The notes beneath the pieces were generated by a model. It was not told the DNA's origin and ran no database searches. It saw nothing but the letters and a program-made list of their open reading frames with translations. From a virus: 48,966 nt of DNA. The stretch lies in IMG/VR virus record IMGVR_UViG_3300038701_001337, positions 1-48,966 of that record; one strand, 5' to 3'. Positions 33,953 through 44,438 of this stretch are shown here, one piece after another. The translations under genes and the position numbers were made by a program. The first letter of the stretch is position 1; each line of letters starts with the position of its first letter.

Positions 33953-35046
33953 AAATAAAAGATGTTGTTTTAAAGCTTTATGAAGAATTGCCAAAACACA
34001 CTGATAAGTTCACAGTGTCTTTGGGCATTCAATCAATATCAAAGTCTTTAAATTTTGCAGTTGTGACAACAGTAGTTGATCATAATCTTACAACAAATGA
34101 TGTTGTTACAATTGGTGGTGTTAAAAGTCCAATAAATATAATAAGCATGACTAGGAATGGAATCTTTGTTGAAGCAGAAGCTGAATTTGATCATGATTTG
34201 ACAGAAGGCTACCAAGATACTGTAATAGTTGATGGTGCTATTGAGCCAGAGTTTAATGGTGAATTTAAATTAATAAAAGTTAAAAATCGCAAAAGCTTCA
34301 CTTTTCAAAAAGAAGATTCTGGTCCAATTGTTGCAACTGGCACAATGAGATTATTAAATGGAACTGGTCTTGGATATAATGGAATACACCAAGTTGAAGT
34401 TTTAAGCAATGATCAATTTAGATATGAATTAAAAAATCAAGTTTCAAGCAATGGTATTGTGGAAGATTCAACACTTACTGTTGGATATAGAATAACTGGC
34501 GCAGTTGATATTGGCCGTGCTCTTGAGATTTATACAAAGAATGAAAGCTCATCACTATGGGCTTTTGTTGTTCTTGGCAATGTTGTTGCTAGCAAGGATA
34601 GAGAAACAAAGAGCGATGCTGTATATATATACAGTGGAGCAGGAACACAATATAGGCAAACATTAATTCAACCATTGTCAATATATGTTGTTGCACCAGC
34701 AGCCACAAGTGTTTCAGGAAGTCCACAACGTGATGAAATGGAAGATTTATTTCCAGCGTTGACAAAAAGCATACTTGGAGCATCATTTGATTCCAAACTT
34801 GCTCAAAAAGCATATTACAGAGTTGTATTTGACCAACACGGATATAGGTCATATGATACTGCACTATATGTTCATGAATTTAGATTCCAATCTGTCTGTG
34901 ATTTAACTTTTGCAGATACAGTTGGTGAAAGTTATAATGTTGCATTCAGAGATATTAGTTTAGAAATGACAACTAATCTAATGAATGAAAATACACAAAA
35001 AATTAATGTTGATATTAATTTAGATGATAAACCAATACAGGATTAA
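33949..35046 (+). CDS. Structural protein of unknown function (365 aa) upstream of the sheath gene
   Basis: ORF within the structural operon. Confidence 0.55.
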   Translation: MKIKDVVLKLYEELPKHTDKFTVSLGIQSISKSLNFAVVTTVVDHNLTTNDVVTIGGVKSPINIISMTRNGIFVEAEAEFDHDLTEGYQDTVIVDGAIEPEFNGEFKLIKVKNRKSFTFQKEDSGPIVATGTMRLLNGTGLGYNGIHQVEVLSNDQFRYELKNQVSSNGIVEDSTLTVGYRITGAVDIGRALEIYTKNESSSLWAFVVLGNVVASKDRETKSDAVYIYSGAGTQYRQTLIQPLSIYVVAPAATSVSGSPQRDEMEDLFPALTKSILGASFDSKLAQKAYYRVVFDQHGYRSYDTALYVHEFRFQSVCDLTFADTVGESYNVAFRDISLEMTTNLMNENTQKINVDINLDDKPIQD

Positions 35047-35051
35047 ATAAA

Positions 35052-36614
35052 ATGAGTGGAAATTTAATATCTCAACCAAGCACAACTGTTAATATTATTG
35101 GTGCATCAACTACAATTGATAACACACCACAAAAAGTTCTTTTCATTGGTCAAAAAACAAGCTCTGGCTCTGCAGTGGCACTTGATTTAAATGAGAGCAT
35201 TGGCCTTGATAAGACAGTGATTAACTCGCTTTTTGGAAGTGATTCAATGATTGCAAATATGCTAATTGAAGCACGTGAAATTAATAAAGCAACTCAATTT
35301 GATGCAATTTGTCTTGATGATGATGCTTCTGGCGTTGCTGCAGTTAAAACAATTGCATTTTCAGGTACTGCAACTGCACAAGGAACTATTAAAGCATCAA
35401 CAGGTAGCCGATTGAATCACCAATATGAAATACCAGTTGCAATTGGTGATACTGCAACTATAATTGGTGATGCTCTTGTTCTTGAAATATCAGAAGATAC
35501 AAGAGCACCATTTACTGGTGTTAACACAACTGGCTCAGTTGCTCTTACTGCTGTTAACAAGGGTACTCTTGGCAACTATCTAGGCATTGAAGTTTCTGGC
35601 CTTCCTGCTGGGATTACAGCCACTATAACAAGCACAACTTCAGGAAGCATTGACCCTGATTTAACTACTGTTTTTGATGCAATTGGGGATATGCGCTATC
35701 AGACAATTGTTTGGCCTTATTATGACAAAGACACAATTGTCAGAGATTTTCTTGATTCAAGATTTAATGTCACAGATGATGTTCTTGATGGGGTTGCAAT
35801 TATTCCATTTGTTGGCACGAAAGCAGAGTGTGAATCAAAAGTATCTGCTTTGAATTCGAGAACAATTATTTATATTCTTGACAAATCAGAAGAATTTGAA
35901 AACAAATATATTGCACCTGCTTTATTTGAAGTGAAGCCTGTTGCTATTGCTAAAATTGCAGCAATACGCTCATTGCGCTTGACTGATGGTGCAAGTGTTG
36001 AACAATATGTTATTTCAAGAAATGGGCCATTGGACAGCTTTGGCGGGCCAGCCCTTGCATCAAAGCCATATTTTAACACTCCAGTTACAAATATGCCAAT
36101 AATTGATGCAAACAAAGGTTTTAAAAAGCTTGAAATTGAAGATTTGAAAGATGCTGGCGGTTCTGTAATTGGCAACAATAAAACAAGAACTGATATTATA
36201 ATGGGTGAAATGGTTACAACATATAAAACAGATGTTGCATCAAATCCAGATGTATCTTTTAAATTCTTGAACTATGTTGATACAGCAAGCAATGTCAGAG
36301 AATATTTTTGGAATAACCTGAGAGCAAGGTTTGCCCAATCACGGTTAACAGAGGGTGATTTAGTTGCTGGGCGTGATATTGCAAATGCAGAATTAATTTC
36401 TCAATATATTGTTCAACTTTATGCAGACTTAGCTGGCCCTGAATATGTTCTTGTTCAAGGTGGTGAACAAGCGCTGCAATTCTTCAAGAGCAGTATTAAT
36501 ATTTCACTTGATTTGTCAATTGGCAGAGCAACAATCCAAATGACAACTCCAATTGTAACACAATTTAGAGAAATACTTGCAACAATGCAAATTTCTTTCA
36601 GCACAAATGGTTAA
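35052..36614 (+). CDS. Contractile tail sheath protein
   Basis: 520 aa, followed by tube, chaperone and tape-measure genes in the canonical myovirus order. Confidence 0.75.
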   Translation: MSGNLISQPSTTVNIIGASTTIDNTPQKVLFIGQKTSSGSAVALDLNESIGLDKTVINSLFGSDSMIANMLIEAREINKATQFDAICLDDDASGVAAVKTIAFSGTATAQGTIKASTGSRLNHQYEIPVAIGDTATIIGDALVLEISEDTRAPFTGVNTTGSVALTAVNKGTLGNYLGIEVSGLPAGITATITSTTSGSIDPDLTTVFDAIGDMRYQTIVWPYYDKDTIVRDFLDSRFNVTDDVLDGVAIIPFVGTKAECESKVSALNSRTIIYILDKSEEFENKYIAPALFEVKPVAIAKIAAIRSLRLTDGASVEQYVISRNGPLDSFGGPALASKPYFNTPVTNMPIIDANKGFKKLEIEDLKDAGGSVIGNNKTRTDIIMGEMVTTYKTDVASNPDVSFKFLNYVDTASNVREYFWNNLRARFAQSRLTEGDLVAGRDIANAELISQYIVQLYADLAGPEYVLVQGGEQALQFFKSSINISLDLSIGRATIQMTTPIVTQFREILATMQISFSTNG

Positions 36615-36627
36615 GAGGTAGTCAAAA

Positions 36628-37023
36628 ATGACAATTGCATTATCTGATGTAACAATCACAGTAAACAATGAGCCAATTGCCATTGTGCCAAATAGTTTTA
36701 AATTCACAGAAGGCAAGGGCGAGCAGACATACCGTGCAGCCTCTGCTGGTGGTGGTTCTGTTGAGCCAGTTTATTCAAATGATGTAACAAGTCTATTCTC
36801 ATCATTTGGGTTTGAGCTATATAACACAATTGGTGATATTGAAAGCGCAAGACAGTGGAAAAGCAACAGAGACCAAAATGTTGTTGGCATGACTGGCAAG
36901 ACACCAGATGGCAAAACAATAAGCAGAACCTTTGCACGGGCTGCTATATTGAATGATTATGAAGTCCAGCTTGGCTCTGATACAACATTCTCACTTGAAT
37001 TTAAATCTAAACCTGCAGTTTAA
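36628..37023 (+). CDS. Tail tube protein
   Basis: 131 aa, directly after the sheath gene. Confidence 0.7.
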   Translation: MTIALSDVTITVNNEPIAIVPNSFKFTEGKGEQTYRAASAGGGSVEPVYSNDVTSLFSSFGFELYNTIGDIESARQWKSNRDQNVVGMTGKTPDGKTISRTFARAAILNDYEVQLGSDTTFSLEFKSKPAV

Positions 37024-37037
37024 TTTGGTAAATAAAA

Positions 37038-37496
37038 ATGAAAAGAGAAATAACAATTAATCTTGAACATGGTCTTGAATATGCATTAAAGGGTGATTCT
37101 GAAGATGCAAAATTCATAACTCTAAAAGCTCCAACTGCAAAAAATATTTCAGATTGCAGCTTGTTGAAGAAGCTTTTTACAAATGCTGCTCTTGCTCTTA
37201 ACAAGCATAATGAAAAAAGTGAAAAACAAACTGCTGAAAAAACAGATGATGCTGAAACAAGTGGCTCTGATGTAATGGAGCTTATTTATGCATTTGGCAA
37301 CAGCGAAGATATTGAAAAAGGCATGATTGCTGCAAAAAATATTTTCAAAAACTGTGGATATGTTGATGGTGAAGTTCAATTAACAATGCCATTAATTGAT
37401 AAAATTTCAGCAGAAGATTTTGAATCAATGGTTGGTGAATATATCTCAAATTTTACAGCAGCTTCAATGTTAGGGAAGAAACAGAAGAAAAATTGA
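37038..37496 (+). CDS. Tail assembly chaperone (short, G-like product)
   Basis: Acidic 152-aa ORF immediately upstream of the tape-measure gene. Confidence 0.7.
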   Translation: MKREITINLEHGLEYALKGDSEDAKFITLKAPTAKNISDCSLLKKLFTNAALALNKHNEKSEKQTAEKTDDAETSGSDVMELIYAFGNSEDIEKGMIAAKNIFKNCGYVDGEVQLTMPLIDKISAEDFESMVGEYISNFTAASMLGKKQKKN

Positions 37497-37621
37497 TAAG
37501 ATCAATTGTTTCTCTTGCTGTAAAATCAAGCGGCGGCCTTTGTTATGAATATTTAATAAATGCGCCGCTTGAAGAACTTCTTATAATCATTGATGAATAT
37601 AATAAAATTGCGAGTAAATAA
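37038..37621 (+). CDS. Tail assembly chaperone, -1 frameshift-extended product (GT-like, about 194 aa)
   Basis: The -1 frame is open from 37439 to the TAA at 37619..37621, which overlaps the tape-measure ATG. A slippery heptamer A_AAT_TTT lies at 37448..37454. Confidence 0.55.
37448..37454 (+). promoter_or_regulatory. Candidate -1 programmed frameshift slippery site (A AAT TTT)
   Basis: X_XXY_YYZ in the zero frame (tcA AAT TTT aca), inside the window where both frames are open. Confidence 0.5.
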
Positions 37622-39138
37622 TGGCCATTAAAACTAGCTTTACATTTGTTGGTATTGACAAGCTTTCAGGCATTGCTGGAAAGATTTCCAATTCTGTGGC
37701 TAATGTTACTGACCGTTTTAAAAAGTTTGAAGGCCAAACAGGCCAGACAAACAAAAAGTTAAAGGATACAGGGGATATACTAGGAAAGCTTAAAGGAAAG
37801 GTAACAGGATTGCTTGCTGCATATGGCGGATTCCAAGCAGTCAAGGGATTTATTACAATTGGCGCAGATTTCCAAGACTCTTTGCTTGATTTATCATCAA
37901 TCACAGGCTCCACGGGAAAGGATTTGAAATTTCTTACAGATGAATCTTTGAGAATGTCAAAGGCAACAGGAATTGCTGCCAAAGATGTTGCAGTTGCTTT
38001 TAAAATTGTTGCATCTGCAAAGTCTGAATTGCTTGAGGATTTGCCATCATTAAGGGATGTGACTGAACAGGTTTTATTATTGAGCAATGCAGCTGGTATT
38101 GACCTTGCAACATCTGGAAAAGTTGTTACAGAATCTCTTAACCAATTTGGCGCTGCTGCTGATCAAGCAAACAGATTTGTCAATGTTCTTGCAGCTGGCT
38201 CAAAGGTTGGTGCTTCAGAAGTTGCAGACACTGGTGTTGCTGTTGTAAAATCTGCTGTTGCTGCAAAGATGGCAAAACTTAGCTTTGAACAATTGAACTC
38301 AATGATACAAGTTCTTTCTCAGAATGGTGTTAAAGCAGAAGTTGCTGGCACAGGCTTGAAAACAATGCTTTTGCAATTGGAGAAAAGTGGAGTTAAACAA
38401 ATAACTCCATCAATTGTTGGTCTTGATAATGCTCTTATGAATTTGCAGAATGCAAAATTGACAACTTCTGAAATGTTTAAGCTTTTTGGTGCAGAAGCAA
38501 TATCAATTGGTGATATACTTATAAACAATGCTTCTCTTGTGAAGGCTTGGACAGCTGCTATTACTGGGACAAATATAGCTCAAGAACAAGCAGATGTTAG
38601 AATGGGTTCATTCAATAAAAAAATGCAAATGATCAGGGCAACAATAGAAGGCAAATTGATTGATGCATTTTTTAGGCTTGAGCCATTTTTAACAAGGCAA
38701 GCTGAAAGTTTTGCTGCTTGGATTGATAAATTAGATGAAAAGAAAATAAAAGAATTTGCTGATTTTGTTTTAGAAATTGCAGAAGCAATGGCAATACTTG
38801 CAAAGAGCACAGCTGAATTGATTTCAAATATGTCAAAGCTTAGTAAAGCAAGAACTAATGCAAATGTTGTTCTTGATGAATCTGGACCAATGACAAGGGC
38901 ACTAATCCCATTTAGAAACCCAATGGATTATCTAAAGACTATAACAAATTATTTATCAATTGGTGATGCAAAAGCTGCAGAACTTGCAACAGACGAGAGA
39001 AGTATTTCAGGAACATTTGAAACAAAGCCACAAGGAATTGATGTTAATATAAACCTTGGTGGTAATACAAATGTTGTTGAATCTGTCAAAACAAAAGCAA
39101 CCACAAGTGGGTTGAAAGTTAGAACAAATATGGAATAA
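37621..39138 (+). CDS. Tail tape measure protein
   Basis: 505 aa, Ala/Gly/Lys-rich and helical, positioned after the chaperone. Confidence 0.8.
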   Translation: MAIKTSFTFVGIDKLSGIAGKISNSVANVTDRFKKFEGQTGQTNKKLKDTGDILGKLKGKVTGLLAAYGGFQAVKGFITIGADFQDSLLDLSSITGSTGKDLKFLTDESLRMSKATGIAAKDVAVAFKIVASAKSELLEDLPSLRDVTEQVLLLSNAAGIDLATSGKVVTESLNQFGAAADQANRFVNVLAAGSKVGASEVADTGVAVVKSAVAAKMAKLSFEQLNSMIQVLSQNGVKAEVAGTGLKTMLLQLEKSGVKQITPSIVGLDNALMNLQNAKLTTSEMFKLFGAEAISIGDILINNASLVKAWTAAITGTNIAQEQADVRMGSFNKKMQMIRATIEGKLIDAFFRLEPFLTRQAESFAAWIDKLDEKKIKEFADFVLEIAEAMAILAKSTAELISNMSKLSKARTNANVVLDESGPMTRALIPFRNPMDYLKTITNYLSIGDAKAAELATDERSISGTFETKPQGIDVNINLGGNTNVVESVKTKATTSGLKVRTNME

Positions 39139-39140
39139 TT

Positions 39141-40352
39141 ATGTCAATTGAACTTGATGGTTTGTATAGAGCGTCATATAAGCAAGTTAGCTTCCTAGCT
39201 GATGTTTCAAACATCCGTGGTGGGCGCAATGATGTATTGCATAAATATGCAAATACAGGTCATCAATCAATTGAGGATATGGGAGCACTCCCACGGTCAT
39301 ACACAATAACTGCAGTTATAACTGGCACTGATTATTTCCAAAAAAGGAATCAGCTTTTAAGTGTAATTGAAGAGGGTGGTGCTGGAATTTTAGTTCACCC
39401 ATTTTATGGTGAAATACAGAATGTAGTTGCAAGAAATTTCACATTAACTGAAGATTTAAAATCAGTTGGAGCTGCAACAATAACAATTAATTTTGATATT
39501 GATAATTCAACATCAACTCCAATAGCTGTTGCAAATACAATAACTGAGATTAATAGTGCAAGAGATATTGCACTTGATAGCATAGCCAATGATTTGGGAA
39601 GTGAATGGGATGTTTCAGTTGCACTTAGCAATAGCTATGAATATGCAGTTGAGAAGCTTGGTGAGTTTTCATCTGCATATGAAACTGCTATGGAGCCAAT
39701 AAGAAGCATAACTGAGAATGTTAATAATATAACAAGTTTAGTTTCTTCATTCAATAGTGAAATATTATCATTAACAATTGCTCCAACTGATCTTGCAGAT
39801 TCAATAAAGAATCTTTTTTCAACTGCAAATGCAATATCTCAATCTGCAGAAGCAGCTGTTGATTCATTTAAAGTTCTTTTTGGCTTTGGCAGCGACTCAA
39901 GCGCTGAAATATTGCCAGATGTTGGTTTTGTTAAAACTGCTGCAAATATACAAAAAACAAAAAACAGCAGAGCCTTATCTGCATGTATAAACCAAATGGC
40001 ACTTGCTCAAGCATATGTTAATTATTGCCAAGTTGAATATCCAACAGTTCAAGATGTTGATGTTGTTATTGATTTACTAAAAAGCCAATCTGATTTAGAG
40101 CAAAATAAATCATCATCAAGTCAAACTGAATACAACATGAAAGATTTGCAAGTTAAAGCATTTGCATATCTTGATGAAGTTAGAAAAAGTGCAAAATCCA
40201 TTGTTGAAATTGAGCAAAGTTCAATAACAACAACAAGACTTCTTGCATATAGGGCATATGGAAATTCTGATTTGTTCAATGATTTGAACAAGACAAATGA
40301 TATAAAAGATGTTAGTTTTATTTCTGGTCAATTAAAGGTATTAAGCGAATGA
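39141..40352 (+). CDS. Mu gp43-like DNA circulation / tail protein
   Basis: N-terminus ASYKQVSFLADVSNIRGGRNDVLHKY resembles the DNA-circulation N-terminal motif; synteny supports it. Confidence 0.6.
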   Translation: MSIELDGLYRASYKQVSFLADVSNIRGGRNDVLHKYANTGHQSIEDMGALPRSYTITAVITGTDYFQKRNQLLSVIEEGGAGILVHPFYGEIQNVVARNFTLTEDLKSVGAATITINFDIDNSTSTPIAVANTITEINSARDIALDSIANDLGSEWDVSVALSNSYEYAVEKLGEFSSAYETAMEPIRSITENVNNITSLVSSFNSEILSLTIAPTDLADSIKNLFSTANAISQSAEAAVDSFKVLFGFGSDSSAEILPDVGFVKTAANIQKTKNSRALSACINQMALAQAYVNYCQVEYPTVQDVDVVIDLLKSQSDLEQNKSSSSQTEYNMKDLQVKAFAYLDEVRKSAKSIVEIEQSSITTTRLLAYRAYGNSDLFNDLNKTNDIKDVSFISGQLKVLSE

Positions 40353-41446
40353 AACTTGAAGTGAATGGAATTCAATATGAAAATTTCATAGAGTCTACTG
40401 CAAGAGTTTCAATGCAAGATTTTGGTTCAAGTTTTACTTTTATTGCAGCTGCATCTAATGCAAATAGATTGCCATTTAAAGGTGGTGAAAGTTGCAAAGT
40501 TATAATTGAAGGTGAAAAAGTAATAACAGGAACAATTGAAGTTGTTGATATTGACTGGGATTCAAAATCACATGTAATAGTTGTTTCAGGAAGAGGAAGG
40601 TGTGCTGATTTTGCTGATTCATATATTGATAATATAAGCGATTTAAGTGCAGCAAACACCTTAGTTGATGTTATACAAAAAGTTGTTGATTCAATCCCTG
40701 ATTTAAATTTAAAAGTTAAAACAAATGTTGCTCAATCAAGCTTCAATAAAGCAGAAGATTTATTATCGCCAGCTGTCTCAGAAAACTGTTTTGATTATGC
40801 AGATTCTGTTTGCAGAAGAAAGCAAGTGCTTATAACTGAAGATGTAAATGGGGACATACTCCTAACACGGTCAAGTAATGATGTTTATCCTGATTTGATA
40901 AAGCAAGTTGTTGGTGCAGATGATAATAATATATTGAGCGCAAAAGCAACATATGATTACAGTGGAATATTTAGAACATATAAAGTAAAATCACAATCAA
41001 ATCCAACAACAATGACTCTTGGTGGTAAATTTGGAGTTAAAGATATTGTTGGCAATGATGGATTATATGTTGATGTGCGAAATAGAAAAGGAAGGCAATT
41101 TGTTGTTGTTTCAGAACAAAGTGCATCAAATCTAACTGCACAAGAAAGGGCAAAGTGGGAAGCTGATATCAGAAGAACAAGAAGCATTAAATATCAAGCA
41201 ACTGTTCAAGGCTATAAGAATGGCAGTGAGATATGGTATCCAAATAAACTTGTTAAAATAATTGATGAATTATGCAATATAGACTCAACAATGCTTCTTG
41301 TGGATGTTGAATATTCCAGCAAGATTGAAGAAGGAACAAAGTCAATTTTAACATTTGTTGAAAAAGGGTCATTCACACTTGAGCTTAGTAATATCCCACA
41401 AAGAGGTGAAAAGAATGGCAATGACTTTGCTTCAAAATTTAATTAA
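40349..41446 (+). CDS. Baseplate hub protein (Mu gp44 / P2 gpD-like)
   Basis: Size and synteny within the Mu-like baseplate block. Confidence 0.55.
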   Translation: MKLEVNGIQYENFIESTARVSMQDFGSSFTFIAAASNANRLPFKGGESCKVIIEGEKVITGTIEVVDIDWDSKSHVIVVSGRGRCADFADSYIDNISDLSAANTLVDVIQKVVDSIPDLNLKVKTNVAQSSFNKAEDLLSPAVSENCFDYADSVCRRKQVLITEDVNGDILLTRSSNDVYPDLIKQVVGADDNNILSAKATYDYSGIFRTYKVKSQSNPTTMTLGGKFGVKDIVGNDGLYVDVRNRKGRQFVVVSEQSASNLTAQERAKWEADIRRTRSIKYQATVQGYKNGSEIWYPNKLVKIIDELCNIDSTMLLVDVEYSSKIEEGTKSILTFVEKGSFTLELSNIPQRGEKNGNDFASKFN

Positions 41447-42065
41447 ATATGCCCGTGTTGTGATGGGTGGTAAAGATGACAAAACATATCCAATCCAACA
41501 AGTTGAATATTATGGGAAAGCTGGTAATGTTTTTATTGTATTTCCATATGGCATGCATGCAAATTTGCCAGAAGATTCTTTACTGAGTATATTTGCAGCA
41601 AATGGCAATGAACAAGATAGGTTTGGCATTGGTGGATTGCCAAATGAAAGAATTAAGAATCTCCCAGTTGGAGAAGTTGTATTCTTCCACCCAATAACAA
41701 AAAGCAAAGTTCATTTTAAAAACAATGGTGATGTTGATGTTGATACAACTAAAAAGAATGGAAATGTAAATATAAATTGTGGAACTGGCAACGTTGTTGT
41801 AAATTGCAAAGATGTTGATGTTAATTGTGATAATGCAATTGTTAATGCATCTGAAAAAATTGACTACACTGCACCTGAAATAAACTTAAATGGTATTGTA
41901 AATATAAGCGGAATGCTGAATGCATTAGGTGGCTTGGATATACCAACAGAGACAATAACTGTACAAGGAATTGATTTAGGCCCAAGCCATAACCATGCAG
42001 ATGGAACATATAAAACAGTTGATAATATTGATGTAGTTGGAATTTCAGGGAGTGTCAACCCATGA
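41415..42065 (+). CDS. Baseplate spike / assembly protein V-like (Mu gp45-like)
   Basis: N-terminal OB-like region then repetitive VDV..NVN..NVVVNCKDVDVNC beta-helix-like repeats. Start set to ATG 41415. Confidence 0.6.
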   Translation: MAMTLLQNLIKYARVVMGGKDDKTYPIQQVEYYGKAGNVFIVFPYGMHANLPEDSLLSIFAANGNEQDRFGIGGLPNERIKNLPVGEVVFFHPITKSKVHFKNNGDVDVDTTKKNGNVNINCGTGNVVVNCKDVDVNCDNAIVNASEKIDYTAPEINLNGIVNISGMLNALGGLDIPTETITVQGIDLGPSHNHADGTYKTVDNIDVVGISGSVNP

Positions 42066-42514
42066 GTCTTATAGAATCTGTTGACTTTGTTATTGATAAG
42101 AAAGATGATTATTATGATTTATCAATTGATGACAAAGGTGATTTTACAACAAGTGATTTCTTTGACACTGCAATAATAGTTTCACTAACTGCAGAGAGAA
42201 GAGCAAGTGAAAAGGAAATAAGCAACCCACTGCTGAGAAGAGGATGGATTGGGAATGAGTCAAATCAAGGTTTTGAAATAGGCTCAAAGATTTGGCTATA
42301 CCACCAAGCACGGAAAAACAGGGACAATCTAAATGGCATCCAAACAGCAGTTGAAAATTGTCTTAGTTGGATGCTTGATATGAAAATTGTTAGTGACTTA
42401 ACTGTTCAAGTTCAATATACAATGGATGATGGTGCAGCTGCTCTTATAACTGCATATAGGTCTGGCAATAAGATTTCAAAATATTATCCACTTTGGGAAA
42501 AAACAGGATTATAA
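42062..42514 (+). CDS. Mu gp46-like baseplate protein
   Basis: SLTAERRA....RRGWIGN....GSKIWLY..ARKN pattern typical of the GP46 family. Confidence 0.7.
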   Translation: MSLIESVDFVIDKKDDYYDLSIDDKGDFTTSDFFDTAIIVSLTAERRASEKEISNPLLRRGWIGNESNQGFEIGSKIWLYHQARKNRDNLNGIQTAVENCLSWMLDMKIVSDLTVQVQYTMDDGAAALITAYRSGNKISKYYPLWEKTGL

Positions 42515-42515
42515 A

Positions 42516-43823
42516 ATGGCAATTAATATTCCAGATAATGCAGCTCAAATTGATAAAAGATCAAAGTCAGATGTGCAAGCATCTGTTAAGAATTCAAATC
42601 CATTCTTGCCAAATAGTTGGATTGGTGCATTGATAACATCTATTTCAAATAGAATATTTGATTTTTATCAACAGCTGAGAATTGCCCTAGATGAGACTTT
42701 TTTTGATACATCAACAGGTGAAAGGTTGCAAAGACAAGCATCTTGGTTCAGGGTTTATAAGAAGGATTCAACAAAAGGCTTTGGCAATGCAATTTTCACT
42801 GGAATTGCAGGTTCTGTTATTGATGCAGGAAAAGAAATATCAACAACAAATTCTGTAAAATTCACAACTAATAGTCAAGTTGAAATATCAGCAAATGTTG
42901 TAAATTTATCAAGCTTAACATCATCAGTTGGTGTTGCAAGTGCAACAACAGTATCTCCACATAATCTATCAAATAATGTTGAAGTTACTATTTTTGGCGC
43001 AAATGAATCTGCATATAATATAACAACAAGTATAACAATAATAAGTGAAAATGAATTTAATTTCACTATAGATGAAAGCGCACCTTCAGTTGCAACTGGA
43101 GTGATACAAGCATCATACAACTCCGCAATAGTTGGTATAACTTCAGTTGTTGAAGGTGCGCAAAATAATATATCTGCTGGCGAGTTGCTTTCACTATCTG
43201 AATCAATTGCTGGTGTTGATAGCAATGTTGGCATAGATGCAAATGGAACTGCTGGAGGCACAGATTTAGAATCACAAGATGCATTCCGTGGTAGGTTTAT
43301 AAATAGAGTCCAGAATCCAGTTGCTCATTTTAATGAGGCAGACATAAGAAATAAACTTTTGGAAGTTGCTGGAGTCACACGGGTATTCATTAGACCAATT
43401 ACTCCAGAAGTTGGCCAAGTTACAATATATTTCACAAAAGATGCTGCTGAAAATATAATACCATCTGGTGCTGATATTGATTTTGCAAAAAGCAAGTTGC
43501 TTGAAATAAAGCCAGCAAATACTGCTGATGATGATGTGATATTAACTGCACCAATTGCTATTCTTTCAAGCTTTAATTTTACATCAATTGTTCCAAATAC
43601 ACCAACTATGAAAACATCAATAACAAATCAGTTGAAAGATTTGTTTTTAAGAACTGAAGAAGGTGTTGATGTTACACAAGATGAATACAGAACTGAAATA
43701 TATAACACTGTTGATATAACAACAGGTGAAAGAATAAAATCATTCACATTGTCAGCACCTGTTGGTGATATTATTGTATATGATGGTGAGCTTGCAATAT
43801 TAGATCAGGTAATATTCTCATGA
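42516..43823 (+). CDS. Baseplate J-like protein (Mu gp47-like)
   Basis: 435 aa, positioned after the gp46-like gene. Confidence 0.65.
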   Translation: MAINIPDNAAQIDKRSKSDVQASVKNSNPFLPNSWIGALITSISNRIFDFYQQLRIALDETFFDTSTGERLQRQASWFRVYKKDSTKGFGNAIFTGIAGSVIDAGKEISTTNSVKFTTNSQVEISANVVNLSSLTSSVGVASATTVSPHNLSNNVEVTIFGANESAYNITTSITIISENEFNFTIDESAPSVATGVIQASYNSAIVGITSVVEGAQNNISAGELLSLSESIAGVDSNVGIDANGTAGGTDLESQDAFRGRFINRVQNPVAHFNEADIRNKLLEVAGVTRVFIRPITPEVGQVTIYFTKDAAENIIPSGADIDFAKSKLLEIKPANTADDDVILTAPIAILSSFNFTSIVPNTPTMKTSITNQLKDLFLRTEEGVDVTQDEYRTEIYNTVDITTGERIKSFTLSAPVGDIIVYDGELAILDQVIFS

Positions 43824-44434
43824 GTTTATTAAAGCTTTTTAAAAGACACAATACAGAAGAGCACACAAATTCAATTGCATCTTATTTTCCTGCTGGTGAT
43901 GCATTTGAGGCTGTGAACATTGATGGCTCTGTTGCAAGAAATTTTTTAAAAGGGCTTTCCATAGAATTCAAAAGAGGTGAAGATGCTTTGCAAAGCTATA
44001 TTGAAGAATATGGCATTGAAGAGTCAGAAGAACTTCTTGGAAGATGGGAAAGTGCAATTGGAATACCTGATGATTGTTTTAGTGGGAATGGCAGCCTTGA
44101 ATCTAGGAGAAGAGATGTAGTTGTTAAATTAGCTGCCTTGGGAGTTCAAACAAGCAGTGATTTTGTTGATCTTGCAAAAATATTTGGCGTTGATATAACT
44201 GTAACAGCAGGAATAATAAATGCAAATGTTTTTCCTTTTCAATTTCCAATTGTATTCTACCCAAGTGTAAAGGCAGCTAGATTCACAATTGTTATAACTT
44301 TTGATTTACAATCTGGTGGAAGATTTCCATATATCTTCCCTATAAAATTTGGTGTTGCTGAAATTAATGTTCTTGAATGTTTGTTTAGAAAATTAAAACC
44401 AGCAAATTGTGATATAATATTCCAACAGGTATAA
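43820..44434 (+). CDS. Baseplate/tail protein (Mu gp48 / DUF2313-like)
   Basis: LGRWESAIGIPDDCF motif plus position. Confidence 0.6.
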   Translation: MSLLKLFKRHNTEEHTNSIASYFPAGDAFEAVNIDGSVARNFLKGLSIEFKRGEDALQSYIEEYGIEESEELLGRWESAIGIPDDCFSGNGSLESRRRDVVVKLAALGVQTSSDFVDLAKIFGVDITVTAGIINANVFPFQFPIVFYPSVKAARFTIVITFDLQSGGRFPYIFPIKFGVAEINVLECLFRKLKPANCDIIFQQV

Positions 44435-44438
44435 ATTT

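Noticed and set aside
37587-38087. 166-aa minus-strand ORF inside the tape-measure gene
   Set aside because: It is antisense to a long, syntenically supported structural gene and has no RBS. The same reasoning applies to other antisense ORFs in the structural genes (35870..36178, 38319..38810, 40372..40659, 42875..43261, 46529..46885).
39141-44434. Transposable Mu-like temperate phage
   Set aside because: The Mu-like similarity is limited to virion genes. There are no MuA/MuB-like transposase genes or repressor, the genome closes as a circle with a 127-bp assembly overlap and no host flanks, and it has its own DnaE replicase and origin.
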